From the NCBI GenBank assembly GCA_963744145.1, contig CAVUSO010000001.1, forward strand, positions 3,360,001 to 3,424,000: a stretch of 64,000 nucleotides of DNA, read 5' to 3'. This DNA is from an uncultured cyanobacterium. Lineage in GTDB: Bacteria > Cyanobacteriota > Cyanobacteriia > Cyanobacteriales > CAWUOF01. Under the pieces are notes generated by a model. The model saw only the letters and a list, made by a program, of their open reading frames with translations, made no database searches and was not told where the DNA came from. The position numbers and the translations under genes are program-made. Below, piece after piece: positions 39,314 through 49,412 of this stretch (positions are counted from its first letter, which is position 1; each line of letters starts with the position of its first letter).

Positions 39314-42300
39314 ATGAATAATTCACCCCCACCAGAGCAGCAAAATTCTTCAGATATTATTTTTTATAATGAAAAATCTTTACAGCAATTAGCTTGGGGG
39401 ATTGATGCTTCAGTCGGAAATTTTAAACTGTTTTTAGCTCGTTGTAATTATCCGGAATTGCGATCGCGGTTCATTAGTAAGTTGCAAGAGCTAACCAGTT
39501 TGAAGATCCGGGTAATGGAATTGAAACCAACTGATCCAACTTTGTTGAGTAAAATTCAACAAGAATTGAATGGTAGTTCTCCTGATGCTTTAATGGTGAC
39601 GGGGTTGGAGTTGGTAGAAGATCTGGAAAATTTGTTGATCACAACTAATCAAGTCAGAGAAGAATTTCGGAAGTTAAAGTTTTCGCTGGTGTTGTGGATT
39701 GATGATGAAATTCTCAAGCAAATATTGCGGATTGCACCGGATTTTGAAAGTTGGGCAATTACCATAAATTTTGCGGGTTCTCCTAATTATTTGCGCCAAA
39801 AAATTAGAGAGATTACGGATACTTTTTTTTGCCAAATTTGGAAGTTTGATATAAATAAAGCTATTATCAGCAATAGTGATTACAAAGAATTAGAATTAGC
39901 TTGGCAAGATTTACAAAAACAGGGAGAAGATTTAGAACCGCATTTACAAGCTAGTTTAAAATTTTTACAGGGGAGAAAAGCTCATAAAAAAGATCAGTTT
40001 GGGCAGGCGTTAAAACATTATCAAGATTGTGAAAGTTTTTGGCAAGGAAATTCGGAAAGATTGGGAGTTACTCTATTTTCTTTGGGACTGTGTTATCAGC
40101 GTCAAGGGGAAATAGCTGGAGAAAAATATCGAGCAACAGTACAGAGTTATTTTGACCGGGGTATCGAGGTATTTACTGAAGGAGATCGCCAAGATTTGGT
40201 AGCTATATTTATTAATTATTTAGGTGCTTTGCTGGAAAAACTTGAGGTTTGGGATGAGTTAGAATTGGTTGCTCAAAAGTCTTTAGAATTACAGAAAAAT
40301 TATGAGTATCCACTAAAGTTAGCTCAAGCATTAGGGTTTTTAGCTCAAGTTTATTTGGCGCGATCACAGTGGGAAAAATGTCAAGAATACGCTCAACAAG
40401 CTTTGGATATTGTCAAAGAACATGGGGAGGAATATCAGCAAAATTTATATTTGTTGTTATTAGCGCGTTCTGTCGAGAATTTGGATAAACCTCAAGTGGC
40501 GATCGCGTATTTAGAAACAGCGCGGAAGCATGGTGTGGGGAATAATTCTCCTCAGATTTATATTGAGATTTTAAATAAGTTACATGATATTTATTTTCAA
40601 AAACAAGAATATTTATTAGCATTTGAAGTTAAATTAGAGCGGTTATCAATTGAACAACAGTATGGGTTACGTGCTTTTGTCGGTGCAGGTTGGATTAAAC
40701 CCCAACGAGAGATCAAAGAAACCTTAAATCACAATAAAACCACCGAAAACATCGCTCCAGAAATAGTTAGTTCTGGTCGATTAGATGATCTAAAGGAATT
40801 AAAAGAACGGATTACGGATAATAATGCTAAATTAATTATTATTCATGGTTATTCAGGAGTGGGGAAAAGTTCCCTAGTGAATGGGGGATTGTTACCACAA
40901 TTACACCAGGAAACTAGAGGTAGTTGTGATATTTTACCAATCTCAATCCGAGCTTATAATAATTGGATTGAAGAGTTAGGAAGGTTGCTCTATCAAGCAC
41001 TTTTAGAAAAAGGCAAATCTCATCAGGAAAATTTAACTTCTTTAGCTGCAATCATCGAAGAATTACAGAAAACTTCAGACCGAAATTTGTGGATAGTATT
41101 AATTTTTGATCAGTTTGAAGAATTCTTTTTCTTTTGTGCCCATGCTAAACAAAGACGAGACTTTTTTGTGTTTCTCGAACAATGTTTAAATACCTCTAAT
41201 GTGAAAGTAGTTTTATCATTGCGACAAGACTATTTACATTATTTATTAGAAGGGAATCAGGTCATCAAAAGTATCCATCATGATATTCTGGGGAAAAATA
41301 TTCGTTATCCCCTGGGTAATTTTTCTGTAGCTAGTGCTGAAGCAATTATCAAAAATTTAACCCAACGCGCTCAGTTTAATTTAGAAGAGGATTTAATTAA
41401 GCAACTGGTAGCAGATTTAGCGGAAGATTTAGGAGAAGTGCGTCCCATTGAATTGCAAATAGTTGGGGCACAAATGCAAACGGAAAAAATTACTACTCTC
41501 AAACAATATCAGGAAAAAGGTACAAAAGAAGAATTAGTTAAGCGTTATTTAGATGCGATCGTTGATGATTGTGGTGAAGAAAATCGCCAAATTGCTGAAT
41601 TAGTTCTCTATTTTCTCACTGATGATAAAGGAACTCGACCTTTAAAAACTCGGACTGAATTAGAAAGGGATTTGCCAGATTTAGTTAAGGAAAAATTAGA
41701 CCTAGTAAAATTAGATTTAGTATTGCAGATATTTGTGAAATCAGGGTTAGTTTTGTTATTACCAGACAATCCAGAACAACGCTATCAATTAGTCCATGAT
41801 TATTTAGCTGAATTCATTCGTCAGCAACAGGAACCACATTTAAAACAGTTGCAAGAAAAGTTAGATAGGGAAACCCAAAAAAGAATAGCTGCTGAAGGTA
41901 AGTTGGAACAGGAAAGAGAAGACACTATCAGGAAAACTACCCAACTAAATAAACTACTGCAACTAGCTTTAATGGGTTCTATAGGTAAGTTGGAACAGGA
42001 AAGAGAAGACACTATCAGGAAAACTACCCAACTAAATAAACTACTGCAACTAGCTTTAATGGGTTCTATTACTATTGGTGTTGCTTTAGGTATTTCAGGA
42101 TTATTTGGCTGGAATTTTGCCCAAGAAGCACAAATACAGCAAAAAAAAGCACAAATACAGGAAATTAACGCACTCAGTAATTCCAGTGAATTACTGTATA
42201 GCTCTGGACAAACTTTAGATGCTTTAAAAGAAGCTCTAAAAGCAGGAGGAAAATTACAATTCACTCAAAATTCCCCCCTAGATACTGAAATATTAGCAAT

Positions 42301-44962
42301 TACTGCTTTACAACAGGCATTATACTTGCAACCACAATACATCGCTAGAGAACGTAACCGCTTAGAAGATCATACCGGAGCAGTTAGCAGTGTTGCATTG
42401 AGTAGTGATGGCAAGACCCTGGCCTCTGGGAGTTATGACAATACCATCAAACTCTGGGATGTGGCGACGGGCAAACTCCTGCAAACTCTCTCCGGTCACA
42501 GCAGTTGGGTCTTGAGTGTGGCCTGGAGTAGTGATGGCAAGACCCTGGCCTCTGGGAGTGATGACAATACTATCAAACTCTGGGATGTGGCGACGGGCAA
42601 ACTCCTGCAAACTCTCTCCGGCCACAGCAGTAGTGTCTATAGCGTGGCCTGGAGTAGTGATGGCAAGACCCTGGCCTCTGGGAGTTATGACAATACCATC
42701 AAACTCTGGGATGTGGCGACGGGCAAACTCCTGCAAACTCTCTCCGGTCACAGCAGTTGGGTCTTGAGTGTGGCCTGGAGTAGTGATGGCAAGACCCTGG
42801 CCTCTGGGAGTTATGACAATACTATCAAACTCTGGGATGTGGCGACGGGCAAACTCCTGCAAACTCTCTCCGGCCACAGCAGTTGGGTCTTGAGTGTGGC
42901 CTGGAGTAGTGATGGCAAGACCCTGGCCTCTGGGAGTGATGACAAGACCATCAAACTCTGGGATGTGGCGACGGGCAAACTCCTGCAAACTCTCTCCGGC
43001 CACAGCAGTAGTGTCTATAGCGTGGCCTGGAGTAGTGATGGCAAGACCCTGGCCTCTGGAAGTTATGACAATACTATCAAACTCTGGGATGTGGCGACGG
43101 GCAAACTCCTGCAAACTCTCTCCGGTCACAGCAGTAGTGTCTTGAGTGTGGCCTGGAGTAGTGATGGCAAGACCCTGGCCTCTGGGAGTTATGACAAGAC
43201 CATCAAACTCTGGGATGTGGCGACGGGCAAACTCCTGCAAACTCTCTCCGGCCACAGCAGTAGGGTCTTGAGTGTGGCCTGGAGTAGTGATGGCAAGACC
43301 CTGGCCTCTGGGAGTGATGACAAGACCATCAAACTCTGGGATGTGGCGACGGGCAAACTCCTGCAAACTCTCTCCGGCCACAGCAGTAGGGTCTTGAGTG
43401 TGGCCTGGAGTAGTGATGGCAAGACCCTGGCCTCTGGGAGTGATGACAAGACCATCAAACTCTGGGATGTGGCGACGGGCAAACTCCTGCAAACTCTCTC
43501 CGGCCACAGCAGTAGTGTCTTGAGTGTGGCCTGGAGTAGTGATGGCAAGACCCTGGCCTCTGGGAGTTATGACAATACCATCAAACTCTGGGATGTGGCG
43601 ACGGGCAAACTCCTGCAAACTCTCTCCGGTCACAGCAGTTGGGTCTTGAGTGTGGCCTGGAGTAGTGATGGCAAGACCCTGGCCTCTGGGAGTTATGACA
43701 ATACTATCAAACTCTGGGATGTGGCGACGGGCAAACTCCTGCAAACTCTCTCCGGCCACAGCAGTTGGGTCTTGAGTGTGGCCTGGAGTAGTGATGGCAA
43801 GACCCTGGCCTCTGGGAGTGATGACAAGACCATCAAACTCTGGGATGTGGCGACGGGCAAACTCCTGCAAACTCTCTCCGGCCACAGCAGTAGTGTCTAT
43901 AGCGTGGCCTGGAGTAGTGATGGCAAGACCCTGGCCTCTGGGAGTGAAGACAAGACCATCAAACTCTGGGATGTGGCGACGGGCAAACTCCTGCAAACTC
44001 TCTCCGGCCACAGCAGTAGGGTCTATAGCGTGGCCTGGAGTAGTGATGGCAAGACCCTGGCCTCTGGGAGTTATGACAAGACAATTATTTTATGGAATTT
44101 AGATTTAAAGGATTTAGATTTAAAGGATTTATTAGGTAAAGGTTGCCAATTTATAGATAATTTCCTAGTTATTCATCCTGATATACTGTCAGAGGTGGAG
44201 GCATGTCAAACACCTACTCTTCGCACTGAAGCAGCTAAAGTTTTTGTTTTACAAGGGGAAAAATTAGCTAGGCAACAGGATCGGAATAATGCTATTAAGA
44301 ATTTTCAGAACGCCCTCAAATGGAATCCCCAATTAAATTTTGATGCCCAACGCAAAGCCCAGCAATTAGTAAATGCTGCATTTTATTTGCAACGTGGAGG
44401 AGAAAAGTTAAGTAAGGAGAATGGTAATCTGCAAGATGCGATCGCTGATATAGAAAAGGCATTAAAAATAGACCCAGATTTAGATGTTAATCAAAGACTA
44501 AATGTTGCTTTACTGTTGATTAAATCGGCAAATAATATTTTAAAAAAAGATCCGATAAAAGACTTTATTAAAGATAATATACATGACTCTATTTTTGCCA
44601 TTACAGAGGCGCAAAAGCCAGCCATTACAGAAGCACAAAAGCTAGTGCCAAGTTTAACTATTAACAAAGACAAAGTATGGAATAGTCTTTGCTGGTATTC
44701 CAGCATTAAAGGTTTTGCTAAGGATGTTATGTTAGCTTGTGAAAAAGCTGTGGAACTTGAACCTGATAATGAAGGGTTTCGAGATAGTCGCGGTTTAGCG
44801 AGGGCATTAACTGGTAATATTGAAGGAGCTATTGAGGATTTTCAAGTATATATTGATAAGACTAATGATCAAATCAAGAAAGAACAGCGACAAGGTTGGG
44901 TTAAGGCTCTCCAATCTGGTCAGAATCCTTTTACTAAGCAAGAGCTTGATAGTTTATTATAA
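39314..44962 (+). CDS. STAND (nSTAND1-like) NTPase with N-terminal TPR, 14 WD40 repeats and C-terminal TPR
   Basis: GYSGVGKSS, LIFDQFEEFF, VRPIELQIVG, YQLVHDYL, 14 x 42-aa GH...WD repeats, C-terminal DSRGLARAL. Confidence 0.92.
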   Translation: MNNSPPPEQQNSSDIIFYNEKSLQQLAWGIDASVGNFKLFLARCNYPELRSRFISKLQELTSLKIRVMELKPTDPTLLSKIQQELNGSSPDALMVTGLELVEDLENLLITTNQVREEFRKLKFSLVLWIDDEILKQILRIAPDFESWAITINFAGSPNYLRQKIREITDTFFCQIWKFDINKAIISNSDYKELELAWQDLQKQGEDLEPHLQASLKFLQGRKAHKKDQFGQALKHYQDCESFWQGNSERLGVTLFSLGLCYQRQGEIAGEKYRATVQSYFDRGIEVFTEGDRQDLVAIFINYLGALLEKLEVWDELELVAQKSLELQKNYEYPLKLAQALGFLAQVYLARSQWEKCQEYAQQALDIVKEHGEEYQQNLYLLLLARSVENLDKPQVAIAYLETARKHGVGNNSPQIYIEILNKLHDIYFQKQEYLLAFEVKLERLSIEQQYGLRAFVGAGWIKPQREIKETLNHNKTTENIAPEIVSSGRLDDLKELKERITDNNAKLIIIHGYSGVGKSSLVNGGLLPQLHQETRGSCDILPISIRAYNNWIEELGRLLYQALLEKGKSHQENLTSLAAIIEELQKTSDRNLWIVLIFDQFEEFFFFCAHAKQRRDFFVFLEQCLNTSNVKVVLSLRQDYLHYLLEGNQVIKSIHHDILGKNIRYPLGNFSVASAEAIIKNLTQRAQFNLEEDLIKQLVADLAEDLGEVRPIELQIVGAQMQTEKITTLKQYQEKGTKEELVKRYLDAIVDDCGEENRQIAELVLYFLTDDKGTRPLKTRTELERDLPDLVKEKLDLVKLDLVLQIFVKSGLVLLLPDNPEQRYQLVHDYLAEFIRQQQEPHLKQLQEKLDRETQKRIAAEGKLEQEREDTIRKTTQLNKLLQLALMGSIGKLEQEREDTIRKTTQLNKLLQLALMGSITIGVALGISGLFGWNFAQEAQIQQKKAQIQEINALSNSSELLYSSGQTLDALKEALKAGGKLQFTQNSPLDTEILAITALQQALYLQPQYIARERNRLEDHTGAVSSVALSSDGKTLASGSYDNTIKLWDVATGKLLQTLSGHSSWVLSVAWSSDGKTLASGSDDNTIKLWDVATGKLLQTLSGHSSSVYSVAWSSDGKTLASGSYDNTIKLWDVATGKLLQTLSGHSSWVLSVAWSSDGKTLASGSYDNTIKLWDVATGKLLQTLSGHSSWVLSVAWSSDGKTLASGSDDKTIKLWDVATGKLLQTLSGHSSSVYSVAWSSDGKTLASGSYDNTIKLWDVATGKLLQTLSGHSSSVLSVAWSSDGKTLASGSYDKTIKLWDVATGKLLQTLSGHSSRVLSVAWSSDGKTLASGSDDKTIKLWDVATGKLLQTLSGHSSRVLSVAWSSDGKTLASGSDDKTIKLWDVATGKLLQTLSGHSSSVLSVAWSSDGKTLASGSYDNTIKLWDVATGKLLQTLSGHSSWVLSVAWSSDGKTLASGSYDNTIKLWDVATGKLLQTLSGHSSWVLSVAWSSDGKTLASGSDDKTIKLWDVATGKLLQTLSGHSSSVYSVAWSSDGKTLASGSEDKTIKLWDVATGKLLQTLSGHSSRVYSVAWSSDGKTLASGSYDKTIILWNLDLKDLDLKDLLGKGCQFIDNFLVIHPDILSEVEACQTPTLRTEAAKVFVLQGEKLARQQDRNNAIKNFQNALKWNPQLNFDAQRKAQQLVNAAFYLQRGGEKLSKENGNLQDAIADIEKALKIDPDLDVNQRLNVALLLIKSANNILKKDPIKDFIKDNIHDSIFAITEAQKPAITEAQKLVPSLTINKDKVWNSLCWYSSIKGFAKDVMLACEKAVELEPDNEGFRDSRGLARALTGNIEGAIEDFQVYIDKTNDQIKKEQRQGWVKALQSGQNPFTKQELDSLL
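41897..42070 (+). repeat. 87-bp in-frame tandem duplication
   Basis: GKLEQEREDTIRKTTQLNKLLQLALMGSI occurs twice with near-identical DNA. Confidence 0.95.
42364..44097 (+). repeat. 126-bp tandem repeat x14 (WD40 array)
   Basis: Near-identical units, visibly more GC-rich than the rest of the gene. Confidence 0.97.
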
Positions 44963-44984
44963 TGAATGATCAATCATATATGTC

Positions 44985-45392
44985 TGCGATCGGTTTGATA
45001 ATTGGGGTGCGATCACGTTAATTTCAGAGAGTGCGATGCTTGAGTAATTAGAGTGCGATCGCGTTTGATAATTAGGGTGCGATCGCGTTAATTTGATCAT
45101 ACCAATAGACGATAAAGATACATTAATAAGATTGATCTGTGGGTGGGGGTGGGTTTTTATGATTAGTGGGTAGATTGCCAAAATCTGGGTGAACCCACCC
45201 CTACAGAAATTGGCAAATTGAGGATAAAATTGATAGAAAAATATGTGATTAAATTGGTAGGGGCAGGTTCACCAATTAATTTTTTACATACAGATCAGTA
45301 TCATAAACCTGCCCCGGTTCGATCATCAAGTGCGATCGGGTTAATTTCCGAGAGTGCGAGGTTTGATAATTGGGGTGCGATCGCGTTCATTT
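44985..45392. repeat. HIP1-containing short repeats flanking a REP/MITE copy (45099-45316)
   Basis: Several tttgataattggggtgcgatc(g/a)cgtt units. The central part aligns by eye with 37233-37480. Confidence 0.7.
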
Positions 45393-45425
45393 GATAAGAT
45401 CAATCCGTTGTGCTTTTCAATCAAC

Positions 45426-46451
45426 CTAAACTACAATTAATTCTTTTACTGGTTGATTAAACCATCCTTGCTCTTTTAACCTTTGCCAAGCGTTACGGAG
45501 ATGATGAGGTTTGAATATTTGCCGTTTGCGGTCGCTCCAATCATGTACTAATGCGATCGCTACTTTTGGATCTTCTGCTGCCTGGAGATTTTCTTTAGTT
45601 ACCCAATGAATACTCGACAAAGATTCCATACCATAAGGATCTTCAAAACCATTGATGAGTTCACTAACTTGTTCTAAACGCTTCTTAGCGACTGAATCTA
45701 AATAGATATTGGTAACCTCCAAAGCTCTAGGTAATATTTCAATTTCACCATCAAGATTTCCTTTCTTATATCCCTTAATATAATGACCTTCTAGAAGCTG
45801 CATGACATAGTTTAGATTATTTGAATATGGACCATATTGATGTTTAACATACTCTAAGTTTAATGGCTCCCCTGCTTCTTGGAGAAAATAAGCTAATTTC
45901 TGGCATTCCAAACTACTTAATTCATACCCAGCTATTGTATAGATATCTAACGAATTAAGGAATAAAGTACGGGCACGATTCATTACTGGTTTTATTGTTG
46001 TTTCTGTTTCAAATAGAACCACATTTACCTCTGGTAATTCTGCAAAAGCTGACACAATTAATGGTTTAACTTCCTGCCAATCTAAACAACCATTACCACA
46101 ACCCAATGGAGGAATAGCAATTGAACTAACACCTAACCTTTTTACATCAGCAACTAAAGACTTTAATCCAGTTTTAATATCCTCTATGTTTGATTTATTC
46201 TTCCAATGACGTTTAGTAGGAAAGTTAATAATATATTTAGGATTAATAATATTATTAGTAGGAAAAATTAACATTTTCCCTGGTTGTACCATGCCTCGAT
46301 TACAGGCTTGTTTATAGAAGATGAAATTTTCAGGAAATGCTAGTTTGAATTGTAGTGCAATACCTTTACCCATTACACCCACACAGTTAACGGTATTAAC
46401 TAATACCTCCGTTTTTTCTTTAATCAGATTACCTTGTTTAAATTCAATCAT
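45426..46451 (-). CDS. darG: Macrodomain antitoxin DarG
   Basis: VNTVNCVGVMGKGIALQFK, IINFPTKRHW, PPLGCGNG; C-terminal QKLAYFLQ...YGPYS. Confidence 0.92.
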   Translation of the reverse strand: MIEFKQGNLIKEKTEVLVNTVNCVGVMGKGIALQFKLAFPENFIFYKQACNRGMVQPGKMLIFPTNNIINPKYIINFPTKRHWKNKSNIEDIKTGLKSLVADVKRLGVSSIAIPPLGCGNGCLDWQEVKPLIVSAFAELPEVNVVLFETETTIKPVMNRARTLFLNSLDIYTIAGYELSSLECQKLAYFLQEAGEPLNLEYVKHQYGPYSNNLNYVMQLLEGHYIKGYKKGNLDGEIEILPRALEVTNIYLDSVAKKRLEQVSELINGFEDPYGMESLSSIHWVTKENLQAAEDPKVAIALVHDWSDRKRQIFKPHHLRNAWQRLKEQGWFNQPVKELIVV

Positions 46452-47082
46452 CTCTGTAATACCACTCAGATTTAACTTTAACAGGGGTTTGGGAATTAAA
46501 GGTTTTTAATATTTCCTCAACCTGTGATTTCATTATATCATCAATCACCCCTATTCCCCTAATTAACTTCCAAGGACAGAATTCATGAATCAAAAACTCT
46601 GCTTGTCTTCTCCATTTCCGGTTAGGATTATCTATGTTGTTATGCCAATATTTGGACTTCATTAATTCCCAATCAATTACATCATCAAGATTATTAAGAT
46701 TATCAAAGAATTCTGTATTGATCATTATTGCATGACCGTCAGTGAATACAAAAGCTAACCCTGAGTTTTGGATTGCTTGAATTGTAACCACTAAATAGAT
46801 AATTGATTTCTGACCATCACTATAACCTTTAACTTTTCCTTTATGAATAGCATATAACATAGGAGAACGGGGGGCAAAATAAAATGGAATATAATCGTGT
46901 AATAAACCACCATTACCACAAGGAATAGAAATTTTAGAACGTCTTCCTTGAATGCGTTCATGAGCAATATCTAGATAATTAATTTGTTCCTCTATAAGTT
47001 TGTTGTTAGAAATTAATCCACCATGTTCTAGAATAGATTTTAAATTGTCTATATGAGTGATATGGTAGATATTTCTAGACAT
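46444..47082 (-). CDS. darT: DNA ADP-ribosyltransferase toxin DarT (DUF4433)
   Basis: YHITHIDNL, HDYIPFYFAPRSPML, FTDGHA, RQAEFL (catalytic Glu); overlaps darG. Confidence 0.92.
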   Translation of the reverse strand: MSRNIYHITHIDNLKSILEHGGLISNNKLIEEQINYLDIAHERIQGRRSKISIPCGNGGLLHDYIPFYFAPRSPMLYAIHKGKVKGYSDGQKSIIYLVVTIQAIQNSGLAFVFTDGHAIMINTEFFDNLNNLDDVIDWELMKSKYWHNNIDNPNRKWRRQAEFLIHEFCPWKLIRGIGVIDDIMKSQVEEILKTFNSQTPVKVKSEWYYRDD

Positions 47083-47114
47083 TCTTTTTCAGCTAATGAC
47101 AAACCGATATTATC

Positions 47115-47942
47115 TTAAAGTATTTCATTTATCTCCTTAGTCACATCATAATTAACCCAAAGTATTTCAGTTCTGGGCTGCTTAACTGAACTACATTGCT
47201 TTGATGGGGCTTCGAGCCAATGCCAATCTTTATAGAGCTGATCTAATAATTCGCAACGATAACCCGATAAGGCAACTTTACCTTTAACATTAGTCAATAT
47301 TTCAGCTAATTCTCGATGATGATTATCCGTCATTTCGTACCCATAAGCATGAGCATCACCACGAGAATCATGGGGGTAAGGAGGATCGCAATAGAATAGA
47401 GTTTCTGCACTATCATATCTTTGAATAGTCTCGATCGCTGGTGCATTTTCGATCTGAACCCGCAAAAGCCTTTGCACAATTTCTGACAATCCCTCAACGC
47501 TTCCCAACCAACGCGAAACTGCACCAGCCATTCCAGCTCTACTGGTTAGTTTGCAATGTGCCCATCTTCCCGCACTAGCTGTTTGCGCTAGACCTGTTCG
47601 CACTTGTCGCGCACGCACAAAAAAACGACGTGCCCTTTCTAATTCCGAAAGACCTTCAATTGATTCTGTAGCTGCAATTCTCAGTTCTTCTCTCGAAAAT
47701 GGTGTGAGTCCGAGCGCACGGATGAGTTCTTCCTGTTGAGTGCGAAGAACGCGAAAAAAGTTTACCACTTCTCCGTCAATATCGTTGTAAGTTTCAATTG
47801 GGGCAGGTTCACGATTGAGGAGAACCGCAGCAGATCCCGCAAATGGTTCACAGTAATGGGTTGCTTTCGGTAATAAAGGAAGAAGCCAGTTTAAATGATT
47901 AAATTTGCCACCATACCATCCAAAAGCGATGAGCTTGCCCAT
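47115..47942 (-). CDS. Dam-like (D12 class) DNA adenine methyltransferase
   Basis: WYGGK, EPFAGSAAV, YND, YCDPPY. Confidence 0.92.
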   Translation of the reverse strand: MGKLIAFGWYGGKFNHLNWLLPLLPKATHYCEPFAGSAAVLLNREPAPIETYNDIDGEVVNFFRVLRTQQEELIRALGLTPFSREELRIAATESIEGLSELERARRFFVRARQVRTGLAQTASAGRWAHCKLTSRAGMAGAVSRWLGSVEGLSEIVQRLLRVQIENAPAIETIQRYDSAETLFYCDPPYPHDSRGDAHAYGYEMTDNHHRELAEILTNVKGKVALSGYRCELLDQLYKDWHWLEAPSKQCSSVKQPRTEILWVNYDVTKEINEIL

Positions 47943-47980
47943 TTGTCTTGCCAGAGTAATGTGTTTTCCTACCTATTTTA

Positions 47981-48075
47981 GTCAATTTTGCCAATGGGAA
48001 AAATCAACATCCACACCAATCTGTCCAACAACCGATAAAATAAAGCTTATGTCAGTTTGTGCAAAGGTTCTATGT
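47981..48075 (+). repeat. Diverged copy of the purL leader and start codon (direct repeat of 50393-50492)
   Basis: Shared blocks in the same order: GTCAATTTTGCCAAT, GAAAAATCAAC, AACCGATA.AATAAA, TGCAAAGGTTCTATGT. Confidence 0.8.
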
Positions 48076-48167
48076 TTCGATGACTCAGCAGAGTTGACAA
48101 AAAGTTACAAGTGGATGATAATTATCTGTTTAGGCTTGATGACGTTTTAAGTATATAGTTAGAACTT

Positions 48168-49412
48168 ATGGTACAGGCAGAAAAACCGATCGCGATCGAT
48201 TTGTTTGCTGGGGCAGGAGGTTTTGGGTTAGGCTTTGAAATGGCAGGTTTCTCTGTACCTCTATCTGTTGAAATTGATGCCTGGGCTGCTGATACACTAC
48301 GTTATAACCGTCCTAACATGACAGTTGTTCAAGGTGATATCCGTGATTTTAATACAGAAATAAGTGTGAAAGAAATTTGTATTTTTAAACCCGATATTAT
48401 TATTGGTGGACCTCCGTGCCAAGGATTTAGTGTTGCTGGACCAGCCCAAAAGGATTTTCAAGACCCTCGAAACAGTTTGTTTATTAACTTTGCTCAATGG
48501 ATCAGTTTTCTGGAACCCAAAGCATTTGTGATGGAGAATGTTAAGGGATTATTATCACGAAAAAATCCTGAAGGTATAAAGGTTATAGATATTATTAAAA
48601 GAACTTTCCAAGATATTGGTTATTTCGTGGAAGTGTGGATTTTAAATGCTGCTGAATATGGTGTACCGCAGCTGAGAGAGCGGATTTTTATTGTTGGTAA
48701 CAAAATCGGTAAAGAATTAAATATTCCGAGCAAAACACATTCACTAGACCTATTACATTTAAGTAGATATCAACTATCAGTTTTAGATGATAATCATATA
48801 CTTCCTGCTTTAAACTTATGGGATGCAATATCAGATTTACCAGAACTGAATCCAAGGGAAGGAAATGAGGAGCAATCTTATTCTGGATCACCTCATAATA
48901 ATTATCAAAAGTGGGTTAGAAATAGTAGCAATATACTTTATAATCATGTCGCAATGGAACATTCAGAGCGGATTGTCGAACGTTTCAGACATATTAATTG
49001 GGGGGAATCAAGTTCCGATGTACCGAAAGAACATGGAGCTAGACGACGTAATAGTAATGGTGAATTATCGCATAAAAGCTATGATCAAAATAATCGGCGC
49101 TTAAATCCTTATCAACCATCACATACAATTGCAGCTTCATTTTATGCTAATTTTATTCATCCTTTCCAACATCGAAATTTAACCGCCCGTGAAGGAGCGA
49201 GAATTCAATCTTTTCCTGACAATTATCGTTTTTTAGGAAAGAAAACTGTTGTGTCTCATAAATTATTACAGAGAGAAGGAAGATTGGATGAGAAGTTTCT
49301 TTGTCAGTATAATCAAATTGGTAATGCTGTCCCACCTCTTCTGGCTCAAGCGATCGCTATTCATCTTCAAAAACAATTAAATCTATGTCAACAAATGATC
49401 GAAACCCACTAG
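48168..49412 (+). CDS. DNA (cytosine-5) methyltransferase
   Basis: DLFAGAGG, GGPPCQGFS, MENVKG, PQLRERIF, QIGNAVPP. Confidence 0.96.
   Translation: MVQAEKPIAIDLFAGAGGFGLGFEMAGFSVPLSVEIDAWAADTLRYNRPNMTVVQGDIRDFNTEISVKEICIFKPDIIIGGPPCQGFSVAGPAQKDFQDPRNSLFINFAQWISFLEPKAFVMENVKGLLSRKNPEGIKVIDIIKRTFQDIGYFVEVWILNAAEYGVPQLRERIFIVGNKIGKELNIPSKTHSLDLLHLSRYQLSVLDDNHILPALNLWDAISDLPELNPREGNEEQSYSGSPHNNYQKWVRNSSNILYNHVAMEHSERIVERFRHINWGESSSDVPKEHGARRRNSNGELSHKSYDQNNRRLNPYQPSHTIAASFYANFIHPFQHRNLTAREGARIQSFPDNYRFLGKKTVVSHKLLQREGRLDEKFLCQYNQIGNAVPPLLAQAIAIHLQKQLNLCQQMIETH

Noticed and set aside
42362..44011. 549-aa minus-strand ORF and the other alternative-frame ORFs in the array
   Set aside because: These are shadows of the stop-free 126-bp WD40 repeat.
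42364..44097. CRISPR array or DGR variable region
   Set aside because: Units are contiguous coding repeats without unique spacers, and there are no cas genes, RT or separate template repeat in the window.
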